A stretch of 64,000 nt of DNA, from NCBI RefSeq assembly GCF_009834535.1, contig NC_045697.1, forward strand, positions 28,894,001 to 28,958,000, in the 5' to 3' direction. Source of the DNA: Camelus ferus. Lineage: Eukaryota. The position numbers and the translations under genes were made by a program. Numbering within the stretch: the stretch's first letter is position 1; the number at the start of each line of letters is the position of its first letter. Positions 37,151-48,320 of this stretch are shown in pieces. The notes under the pieces are model-generated. The model searched no databases and was not told the origin of the DNA. It saw only the letters and a list, made by a program, of their open reading frames with translations.

Positions 37151-40100
37151 GGCAAGTTGTCATCCAAGTTAACAGTTAGACCTTGGGACTTACTGCAGAG
37201 ACAAAGAAAAGCACAGAAATAGTTTTTCAGGTTAACTTTTCCAAACTTGCCCTATACTGCTACATGGGCTTGAAGAGAGAACCAAATCCTCAAAATATGG
37301 TACTGTGACTTCACATTACTTTTAAAAATTTACGTTGAAACCACAAATGCCTTTTTTTTAAATAAAAAATTCCCAGCAAACCAAAAAACTGAAGCGAAAC
37401 CAAATACATTAGCGAATCACTGAAGAAAAGAACTGTATGTTTATAGAACTTTATTAAAGATAGCTTACAATGTTTATTTTTCGGATTATACAGTTGATCC
37501 TTACTGACTGCTAAGAATTTGCAAGGTGCAAAAAATTTTTTAAAAAGTGAAAAAATTATCTCGAATTTTACCAGAGATAATCATTATTATTGTTTGACGT
37601 AATTAATTTTAGTCTTTCAGACGTAAGAACAAATTTTTTTCATGTAAAATTAGGATTTCATTATACAGATATTTTATTTTTGTATCTTACTCTTTATATT
37701 AATAAATCTATGATCACTTAAAAATAACAGATTTTCTGGGGTTTTTTGCATGTCTCTCTTCAATGTGTATCTCTTATTGTATTTTAATGAATCAACTGGA
37801 AAAAAGGAATTTGTTTTCTGGAGGGAAAATGCTATAGGAGTAAATTGATCTAGAGGGTTCTCTCTCTCTCGCTGGCTGCGTGGACTTATTTATATAAGTT
37901 GCTTAACCTCTTTATTTTTCAGTTTTCTCATTTATAAAATGAGGTTGCTGACAATAATAGTGATAATGGTTTAGCTATTTTACAGAGATTTTTGTGAGGA
38001 CAAAGTATGCTAAGATACATACAAGTACATTGTAAGTTGTAAATTGAATCTGAAAGACAAAAATTCAAAATTAAAGCTTAATTTAATATTTTCCTCCCAA
38101 AGCATTAAAAAAACCTCATTATTTTATATTTAGAAGATTTTAAAAGGCAGGAATTATACAGAGCAAAAACAGTCCTATTTTGAATAATAAACATACCACA
38201 GAAAAGTTTTATTCAAAATTATAAAAACAATTCTGTTTCTGATAAACATTTGAGAACTTAAAATTTTTATTTGGAAAAAAATGTTTTAATAGAAATGTTC
38301 TTTTAAAGGTTTATGTGGTTAAAAAAAGTAAAAAGAATAGATAATCGTTTATGACTAACCTTGAAATTTTATGTACAATTTTAAATGTCTTTAAACAGAA
38401 AGCACTCATTAAGGAGAATTTACAAAAATACTCCCTTTTCTCCTAAATGATTAAAAAAATGCACAACTATAATAATTTAGGTAATGATAATAAGAAGAAA
38501 AGAGCAGGTTTAATTTGAAACCAAATCTTGCAATCGTTGACTGCGCTTGTCACAAACATGTTTTCCTCTAATAAGCATCAAGCATTTCCCACTACCTCTT
38601 TCTTTTTGAGCTCAGACACTGAATAAATTTCCCAGAAACCTCACTCTTTTACTTCTGAGTACTCCTTTATCTTACGCATGAGAAGCGAAAGCTGCTAGAC
38701 AGCCTAGGATCTTTCCCAGCTATGATTTCCATTTTTAGGGAAATTTAAGATAAGACTTCTAAGAGGTTGAATGCAAAAGCCTCTGGAATCCCTTGTTTTT
38801 GGAGTCTGTGTGGGAGTGGAATTTGCATCTGGTTGAAATCATCTAAATGTGACCCAGCATAGGCTGAGCGATGAGGAAGATGACTTTGCAAGGTTCAGCT
38901 ATGGTTCAGTGACTCTTCGCTGAGAATCAACTACTATAAAATCTCTGGTTATTACGCAAAACACATTGCGACTGAAGCAGTAACAACGGTTTATGGAGAA
39001 AACTTAGGCAGACTTGCTCAATGCAGTTAAAAATCCCAATAATTTTCTAACTGGCTCATATAAATAAAAGGAAAACAAAAATCACTGATGTCCTGTCACC
39101 TAGAGGTTACCTCCATTAACATCTGCATCTGTGCATATAAGAAGTTGAATTCAAAGTCAAGTTTTGTGTCCTACTTTTTTCACTTAACATTATGTTGTGT
39201 GCACATATCCATTTCATGAAGTATTTTTTGATTTATAAGTGGGCTGAAATTGCCTGCTTCTTAGGACTGGGTCACCATCAGCAAAGAGATGAAATCGGTG
39301 CCTTCCAGAAGAAAGTAGTTGCCCCTACTGCCTACACCTGCCTCTGCTTCATTGCACCCATGACTATTTTTCTAATAAGCAATGCCAACTGGTGTCAAGT
39401 CTCAGCTGGATGACATGATGTTTTGTTTTGTTTTTATCTTGGGGCCTAATTGTAATCTATAACTACTGTAAGTACAAACTTTCACATAGGTGTTTCAAGT
39501 GAGTTCTCTCCATGAAGGCTGCATCCATAATAAAGGGAATGGAATTCACAATTTTACTTTGTTAACTCAACATTCATCATTTGAGCAAATGGGTATTTCC
39601 AAGGCAGAAAGTTAACTGGTAAGGAGGAAGGAATATGCTTATTCAAATCTGCCTTCCCAAAGATCAGGCCAAATTAGTTCAGATTTGCCAATAGGTCAAA
39701 TATAAATTTTCTACTGAAGTAAACACCAGCTTAAGAAGTATGCTACTTTCTGATGAGCTTAAAGAAATCCTGGGATGATTATCTCAACCATTTTTAATAC
39801 TGTAAACAGAATCTTAAAAAACAAACAAGCAAAAAACAACTGCATTCATCCAAAGCCAATAATCTACACACATGCTTGGCATTTGTGCAAAAAAATTTTA
39901 AACTGCTATATGAAGTTAAAATACCACTGGTCAACATATCTTCAATTCAGAACATACCTAGACTTCTTTGTGTTGGTTATATGTTCCTGTAAGATGTATT
40001 TTGTTCATTTTAGAGACCCACCTGTTCAGATTATGAACTGATAAGCCATATAAATTCTAGTTTTATGTGATTTTCAGAAGATGGTGCCTCACCTCTTCTA

Positions 40101-40589
40101 TAAATCAGAATGTCTGTAACAGCTTCCAGAACTTTATTCATGCACATGAAAGCCATTTTTACACATGTCCTTTACATTGTCAGTACAACTTTTCAGTAGT
40201 GGGTGAAATTCCTCCAGCTTATTTGTATGATGGCAATAGCTAATAAAAATAACATCTACAAACAAAAGTGTCTAAAATTCATACCTATAATGTGAGTTAT
40301 CTTAGGAAAAAAAGACAAAAGGAGCAAAGAACTTTTATTTAAGAGTGCGAAGGAAAAAAAAATTGGGGATGAGAATAATGACAGCTTTTAAGTTCAGTAT
40401 CAGTCTTTGTCAATATGCCATGCAGAATCAGGCAAACCGGCTTGGAGGTTGGTGTACCTACCTAGTGTGAGAGACCTAATTAATAACATATAAATGATAT
40501 AGCTGTTTCCTGTAGTCAAGTGTACCAATGATATGGCAAAATTCAACAGGGTACCATCATAAAGAAATGCAAAGGTGGACTATGGACCA

Positions 40590-40762
40590 GCTGCGCCATT
40601 TATTGCCTTGAGGTCTTGAGCAAGACACATAAGCTCTCTCTGCCTCAGTTTCCTCCTCTACAAATGAAGATAACATTACCTACCTCATAATTGTTGGGGT
40701 GACTAAGTAAGAAATTGCATAAAAAGCACTTAATTGGCACATGTTAAATGTGCAATACATGG
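40590..40762 (+). mobile_element. MIR SINE
   Basis: ttgagcaagacacataagctctctctgcctcagtttcctcctctacaaatg core. Confidence 0.8.
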
Positions 40763-41249
40763 CAGGCCAGTGTGACTTTCTGTTTTTATTATGACTTGGT
40801 TAAAAAGATCAAGGGAGCAGAGACCAGCAAACTGAAGGACAAGGCAGCATCATGACACTGTGTCTTAAAAAGCTCCTCTTACTACCTGGGAATTTTCCAC
40901 TAGGTACTTAGCTCTGGTCGTATATCTCTCTAGACATCAGAAGTCTGTCATGAAAATGACTTACAAAGATTCAGAGAAGAGACTCAGAAAGGACCAGAAG
41001 TGTGGGTCAGTGAGCAGTTCAGTGGAACTGTCACCTGGGGCTGACAGGTGAGGGTGCACAAGCCCCCCTTCCAGCTGAGGGAAGGCTTCCCCTCTGAGCT
41101 GGAGCTCAGCTCCTCTCTCCCAAGTCTGGAGGAGGAGGTAGGCCTTTCATCAGGGAGAAGGCAAATGATCATCAGATCTAGGGATATATGCTGATGTTAA
41201 GGACCACTAAACATTAATGTGGCTCTTGGATGTTTTTTAAAAAAGCCCT

Positions 41250-41550
41250 TACTTCCCTCATCTTCTCACCCAGAATTTTCCTGACAATCCTATTTAAATA
41301 TGCACCCCACCCAAGCTTCCTATTCCTCCTCCCTGCTTTATTTTCCTTTTTAGTAATTAGCACAGTACAGTGTACTTACTATCTTACTAAATCATCATGC
41401 TCATTGCTTTTCTCTCTGGTAGATGTAAACACATAAGAGCAGGCTATTTTATTTTTGGGTCGTTACTGTTCACTGCTAGTGCCTAGCACAGTGTTCAGTA
41501 AATATTATAGCAAGTGTTCAATGAATAATTTGTTGAACGAGGAAGGAAAT
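41250..41550 (+). mobile_element. L2 3' end
   Basis: gttcactgctagtgcctagcacagtg...aagtgttcaatgaataatttgttgaa. Confidence 0.7.
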
Positions 41551-42179
41551 GATACACTTTTTATCTTAAGACATTTGTAGTGTGATGAGCAGAAGACTTC
41601 AGAGGGCATTTCTGAAGATTCTATGATTGTTCAGATTATGCATAAGAAATAAAGTACCATTAACAACCTGAGTAAAAATTTCTAGACCCTTTAAAACTGT
41701 TAAGACAATAAACACATGGCATTAGACTCCTATGCATGATGTGTAAGCTTGTATGGCTTTAACAATCTCCTAAGAATGAGGACCTCTTTTATTGAGAGTT
41801 TGGGCACTGGCAAAGGTCAAATTCTGAAATTCAGCGGTTGTTATTTAAAGAGAGGGTAGGAATGCAGGGAGAAAACTCCAGAAGGCAGAAATCCAAAACA
41901 GGAGTGGCTAAAATAGCCACCATGTATTGAATGTCTACCATTTTCCAAGGACGATACAGCTGTTTCACAGAATCCTTCTCAGGTAGATATTATTATAGCT
42001 ATTTTCCAGATGGGAAAATCAGGGCCTCGTCCTGGTTAATAAGCAGAGCTGGGATTTGAATCTTGCTTTGTCTGAATCCAGATTTCTACTTGCTCCAAAA
42101 TTTCAGATTGTCCTGGGGTAAAAGCTTCAACCCATTCCCTCCAGAACTGTGCGGGAGATCTGTTATTTTGAAACAACGG

Positions 42180-42546
42180 CAAGTTAGCACTCACTGGGCC
42201 CTGCCTTGTGACTGAAACGTTGACAACCCCCGCTCTGAGCAGGTGTGCTGAGTTGCAGTTACTGTGATGTTTGTGCCCAAACCAAAGATCCCTATCAAGG
42301 CAACGAGTAAAAGATGAATTTGAGAAGACGCAGTGATGGTCTTCTTCTTCTTTTTTAAACAGATTAGGATTTCTCCATCAGAGAGGGTCTTGTGCACAGT
42401 GCAGGAGTCCCCTGGGAGTTTGTGCATTTGACCCAATGACGCTGCTCTTACGTTGCGTTTCAAACTTCTTGTCGGGATTTGTTCTTGGAGCCCCAGGCAC
42501 ATTCTTTTAAATTTCTTCAGTGACAGCCAATCTTTGGCCTCTTCAG
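42180..42546 (+). promoter_or_regulatory. Candidate distal RHOH promoter or non-coding exon region
   Basis: CpG-enriched unique sequence ~6 kb upstream of the main exon, with EBF1 motif TCCCCTGGGA at 42408-42417, an acceptor-like tract ending at 42362 and a weak donor after 42546. Confidence 0.3.
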
Positions 42547-44593
42547 GTGGATTTGATTTTGGGAGACAGCCCTTTGGAGCTACATCCAATGAATAAAGTG
42601 GGGAACAAGCTGATTGTATTTTGAATCAAAAACAAGCTGTGAATAGAATGCAGTGATACTGATTTCCTTTTGTAGTTCATTAAACTGTCTCTGAAAGATA
42701 TTATAAAAAGGTTCTAAAAGTGCTTTGCCTAGCCTCTGCAGTGTTGGAAAAGTGCACCAAATATCCAGGGATTGCTGGAAGGGTAACAGTCATTTGACAT
42801 TAACTCTGCTCTGACACTTAAAAAAAAAGTTACACCGTAACTTCAGAGCCACAGCTGGAATGATTACAGTGGGTGCTGCCGTCTTCTGCAACAAGACCCT
42901 GCCTTGTTATGAATTATGGCTCTACAGTAAAAAGGACCAGGATGTAAATGTTTGCTAGATAAACACAGTTATACACGGCAAACAAACCAGGATAAAAACG
43001 GCAATTGAGAATCCTGAGAACCTGACATTCGCTGAAACAAAAAGCAATACATTATGTTACATTAAAACAGTTAAAGAGAAAATGGATGATGAGAATAACA
43101 GCGGGGGAATGATGTTTTCATGGCTGTGGCTGGAAGAGGGAAGTCAGAAGATGTTTGAAATGATATTCCTCTCGGTTAGGGAGGCTGTTGTTTATAAAGA
43201 ATTAAAACGCATAAGGAGAAAATCATTCCTGTCTTTTCTAGCCTGTGGCATTTCCAGGATATTTTAATATTTATAATTTTAAAGGGTACTTTATATGAAT
43301 GTATTTTTACACTGAAAGTGAGACATCAGAGTTAAGCTCTTTCTCTTACGAAGAGCTAACATTTTACAATCTCCATCATAAAATCAAACAGAAAGAATGC
43401 GTGTTCTGGTTTAATACCGTTGTTTATCTCTTAGTGAGGAGCTGGGTAAAAATAATTACAGTCTGATGAATGCCCTGGGTTTGAAACTCAAAGACTTCAG
43501 ACAAAGTTTTAGTACATATTTCCCATCTTCAGAACCCACTGAAATATTTTATTTTTGGTGTGGCATATCATGAATGAGGGTCCGTGTAAACATTAAAAGC
43601 TACCCACTAAATCCAAGTCATTTCACTTCATATGCTAACAGTAAGGAGAAGGGGGAGGCATCTTACTAACCCAGGGTAAAAATTGAGTAAATGATTGATA
43701 TCACAGGGTTTTCAAGGTTTCCTGTTCGTTACAATTACCATTGTCATTAAGAGTTCTCTTTGATGTAAATGGCTGAGACCTTTGCAGTGGGCAAGAATAC
43801 CATTTAGGAGTGAGTTCAGAGTACACAGACAATTATTATATTATTTAAAAATCTTAATGAAAGAGATCCTCGTTCTTGGGAGGCTGCTAAAGAGAAAAGA
43901 AGCTGTTCATCTGCCTTATCAGAGGATGTTTCAAATGAGGGTGTTTTTGAGAAAGCAAGTCATGACCTTTAGCCAACTGTGTTTGCCTAGGAACCTCAGA
44001 GGAGGGATGCTCAGCGGTCTGGGGCTCGGGCTGCCCCCCGCCCCCCCAGCAGCCCAGCCCTCCCCATTGGGAGACAGCAGAGTAAAGAGCCAGGGCGGGA
44101 GGAAGGGGTGAATCTTTGTTCTGCTTTTCGTGGCTGTGGCATTTCATGCAAATCATTTAACCAGCTGAGGGCTCCTTGGCTGTAAATTATATTTAAAAAT
44201 GATGACCACATAAGGCTGTTGTGAGATCAGATGAGGGAGTCCATCCATTGGTCAGCAAATGCTTCTGTAGTGGCTGACTATTTACTGCCTGAGACGCACC
44301 AGTGAGCAAGGCCAGGCCCTGGGCCTCCAGGGCCCCGGACATGACTGGCTTTTTAGTGAGCACTTGGCAGTGTAAACAGGTGCTGTGGGCCCTCATGGGA
44401 GGGCATGAACCTGGCTCACAGTTGGGGTGGGTGGCCATCATGGAAGACTTCCAGCTTATAATGAGGGTCTGGTTCTTACTGGAACTCCATACCCATGTTT
44501 CCTTCCCACCACCACTGTGAACTCCCCAGGAATTCCCCCCGCTTCTGTCCCAAGGCTGGGCTATACAGCATCAGAAATGACACACCCAGAGGG

Positions 44594-44613
44594 GTGTGTG
44601 TGTGTGTGTGTGT
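44594..44613. repeat. (GT)n microsatellite
   Basis: About 10 GT units. Confidence 0.9.
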
Positions 44614-45299
44614 AAGCCTGTAGTGTGTACATGTGATTTTAGGTTATTTGCTTCCTTCCCTCACTACTACCTCATCTGTTAAAAAATGTGTGTTTGTGTG
44701 TGAGAGAGAGAGAAAGAGAGAAAAAACCAAAAAGAGAGATTTCTAGGAAAGGAAGAAAGTTAGATGGCTGTCCCTCAACCCCTCCCCCTCCGACCCCATC
44801 AAGAAAATCCCCTCTGAGATTAAATTTTACATGCAGATGTGAGGTGTGTAAGAGGCAATAGGAAAAACCACTTCTCACTGTCAGGAACAGGAGGCAGCGC
44901 GAAGCCTGACTCTATGAGAACATGGCAAACTACAACTACAAACACACTGAGAGCAAGTCCCTCAGAAGAGGCGGAGGGGCAGCCTAGGAGCCAAGGGGAG
45001 AAGGGCTTTCTGTGGGCAACATCCTTTCCAGCACCATCCAGGAAAGGGTGGGAGAACTTGGGCTGCAGGCACACCCTGTCTGCCCTCACCGTGCGTATGT
45101 ATGCTCTTTTGTGGAGAAAGTGCACAAGGCCTGAGGCCCTGAACTTACAAAGCACGCCTGTGGTGTCTCTTGCTTTGTTTCCCAAAGGGCAGAGTCCCCC
45201 CTTCTCCTGGAGGTGGAGGGGCCTGCCCCTGTACGCAGCTGTCCTTGCCCGACTCCTCTGCTTCTCAAGGGGCACAGGGACCCTTGGAAACCACTGGAT

Positions 45300-45564
45300 C
45301 CCTTGCTGGAAGTACAACCATTTTTGAACTCTTTGCTGCCCCTAATCTTTTAGACTCTTGGATGAGAAAACTCTGTTCTCCTGAATTTTCTGAGGCACAC
45401 CTGAAGCCGATCTTCACCTCTGCATTAAACTGTCCTAACGGAGCAGCATCCTGGGGCCGCACACGCTGTACTAATGCCCTGGCACACCGTCCCCTACGTG
45501 TGCCCTGGGGTGGCTTTCAGTCGACATTTTCATGAGATGAAATCAGCCGCCACGGAGGAAACAG
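45300..45564 (+). other. RHOH: Candidate alternative upstream non-coding exon of RHOH (5' end unknown)
   Basis: Strong donor CAG|gtaagg after 45564 in a CpG-enriched, repeat-free segment. RHOH is known to use several alternative 5' non-coding exons. Confidence 0.4.
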
Positions 45565-46239
45565 GTAAGGAACCGCCTCGCAGGACTTGTGGCTGGCTGC
45601 GTTCAGCCGAAGGATGGCTTTCCACTGGAGTCGGATGTTCTCCTGTGAGAATCTAGGCAACGAGTTTCTCTTCAGTCTCAGCACCAGGAAGCCAGGACGC
45701 CCTCACCATCCTGAGCATCCTGAGCGGCGCACTCATGTTTGTTCAGTAGGCCCGCAGCTTTCTGTGTGGTGGTGTTCGCTGCTTCACGCCGGTGGCGTAA
45801 ATGTTTAGAACTCCTCAGCGTTTTCATTTTCGGTATCACCCTCATCCCTGGTTTTAGCTTAATCTTTGCCTTCATTTCTTTTGGCCTCATCATTCCATTT
45901 CTTTTTTTAAATTTGTTTTATCATGCTAAGATGTATGTATTTTTATAAGCTGCCCTCAGTCAACCCAAACGAGAGGTAAATAAATAAAATATCCAGCAGA
46001 TATATGTTCTGCTTACCTAATAACACCATGATGGTGATCTGGCTTTCCTTGGAGAATTTTCTGGAAGAAGCTTATCAGAGGGCTCAGGATCTCACCTGCC
46101 AAATTGAGTTCTTACTGCACATTAACAAATTGATGCCTGGGTTCACGCAAGAGTCTCTTGTGGACCTAGTAGCTGCATAGCCATCTCTGTTGCTCACTTG
46201 CGCCGTTTATCCCTGCTATCACTGCCCAGCAGACAATGT

Positions 46240-46790
46240 CAGTCCTCTTTCACTCCCTTGAACATGCCAAGCTCTTCCCACCTCAGGGCCTTTGCACATG
46301 CAATTGCCTTTGTTTGGACTTTCCTTCATTCTACTCTCCTTAGGCTCCTCTTTTTCATCATTAGAGCAGTAGAGTCACGTTAGAATGACTGGAGAGTTTA
46401 CACTGATGCCCAGGCCCCAACCCAGACAAATCAAACTAGAAACTCTGGGGGTGGGGCCTAGGTACTGGTTATTTCTTAAAAACTTCTTAGCCAGAGCTGA
46501 GGTTCACAGCTTCAAGTCTCATCTTAAATGTCAGCTGCACAAAGAGGCCCTCCTTGACCACCCCTGGGACGTAGACACTGTCTTGCTCTCTAGCTCAGCT
46601 TCTTCTCTGACTCCTTTGCAACAGCTATTGTAATTTGTAATGATTGCATTTGTATGAATGTTTTTGGTCTGCCCCCACTAGGATGTAGGTGCTGCAAGCA
46701 CAGGGAGTATGTCTGTCTGTATGTCTGTATGTCTGTCTTGGTCTGTGTGCTTCTCTTCAGTTCACAGGATCAGGCACATGACAGGATTCT
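46240..46790 (+). mobile_element. L2 fragment with an inserted MER5-like hAT fragment (~46370-46490)
   Basis: cctcagggcctttgcacatgc and tcaagtctcatcttaaatgtca flank gatgcccaggccccaacccagac..gaaactctgggggtggggcc. Confidence 0.7.
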
Positions 46791-47699
46791 GAGTCTGCAA
46801 TGATGAGGCTGGCCCTCAGATGATACATGTGGGTCTGCAGGACCTCCTGAAAGCCAGCCAAGGATCCCTGGAATATTTTGAGAGAATCTGTGTCAACATC
46901 TAATGGTTATTTTAACCAGCCAAAGATTGGACACACGTTGTTCCTTTCACCTGACTCTCGGGTCTCGGGATTTTTTGAGTGAGATCTGTAATTAGGTCCT
47001 GACTCATGGTATCTCCTTTATGTCCACATCTTTCCCCTCTGCTTGATTTAGGCCATGACAAGTGAGAGATTCCATCTCGTTCATCCTTGTGTGCCCTCCC
47101 CAGCCCCAGCACCCAGCACTGGGTCTTGCTCATAGCAGGGGCTCTATAAATGCCTGTGGACTTGATGGAGTTGATTTTTATCCTGCATGTAGGCATTTGA
47201 CCAAGATTTCACCCTGGGAGGGAGCATTTACAGTTATTCAGAGATTCGAGGCATAGGGGATTGTGACCACATCACGAAAGTTAAATTTGTTTGTGTAGGC
47301 AACTCATCCATAATCTAAACAGGTGCAGATGGTCTCTACACCTGCATTGCACCGAAGGACAGAACAAGTACATTTGTGTTTGGAGGCAAATAATGAAACT
47401 CCGAGGAGTCTGAAAACAACTCACAGTCACGTACCGCAAACACACATGCTGGTCTATCAAAGGGCGAACGCGGGACGGGGCTGCCTGAGTCCTCACTGGG
47501 GCTGTCTGTCCTTTCCAAGTCATTACTTGGTAGTTATTAATAAAGCAAAGCAAACCGCCTACCTACCATTTCCCTCCATAGTCAGTGTGTTCACCAAGCT
47601 GACATGTCATTTCTAAAGTGCTTTTTTCCTAAGCTTAAATTAATCAAGACCAGTCTGTAGTGTGGCCTTACAGCCTTTTTTGTTTGTTTGTTTTTCTCC

Positions 47700-48110
47700 C
47701 TGATTCATTTCACTTCCTTAAGGAATCATCTTAGTTTTTCAATCTTCCTTTCTTCAGTTTTACATAGGTGATTTGCTGGTGGGAAATGGGGGACAGGGGA
47801 GAGGGAAATGGTTCCAAGGGAGAGGATAAATTCAACACAAACCCAACCATGCAGCAAAGGCCTTTTTCTACCTCTTATCTGATGGAGTTTTCATATTGTC
47901 ATGGCGAGATACGCACGTGCACACACACATACACGCACACACACACACACACACATCACTAAACCCACACAAACGAAACCTTCTTTTTCGGCGAAGCCAG
48001 CTACAGGAAATTGACTTCTGCACAGGAACTTGCTAATCTCTTTTGTCACATTCGGATTGTTCCTGCTGCCTCAGTCGCCGCGCACACTAAACCCAACCAC
48101 TGTGGGTTGG
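47700..48110 (+). promoter_or_regulatory. RHOH: RHOH proximal promoter/TSS region
   Basis: CA repeat, local CpG enrichment, two ETS cores (CAGGAA at ~48004 and ~48023) and RUNX-like AACCAC/TGTGGG at ~48085-48096, at the head of the first exon. Confidence 0.6.
47909..47956. repeat. Imperfect (CA)n microsatellite, 48-bp alternating purine/pyrimidine tract
   Basis: atacgcacgtgcacacacacatacacgcacacacacacacacacacat. Confidence 0.9.
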
Positions 48111-48320
48111 AGTCTCCACTGGCCCAACTCTCACAATTTAACATCTTCCAATGTGAATTGGTTATATTCGTGAGGAGGAAGGAACTGTCGATCCTAGGAG
48201 GAAATTAAAGCCGTGAAAGGCCTTGCGCTGCTTTTGCTTTTACTTACCTGCTCCGAACAAATTGGACTTCCAGAGTCAGTCATTTTAGTGTCAAGAAATT
48301 TCTTTGGCAATCTATAACAG
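47957..48320 (+). other. RHOH: RHOH main non-coding first exon (5' end approximate)
   Basis: The sequence (caggaacttgctaatctcttttgtcacattcggattg ... gagtcagtcattttagtgtcaaga ... aacag) resembles the human RHOH 5'UTR as I recall it. Strong donor CAG|gtaaga after 48320. Position downstream of N4BP2 fits known N4BP2-RHOH synteny. Confidence 0.8.

Noticed and set aside
44820..45535. Cluster of 120-165-aa ORFs on both strands
   Set aside because: Expected in GC-richer promoter DNA, with no homology I recognise. They are not RHOH coding sequence, since there are no GTPase G-box motifs.
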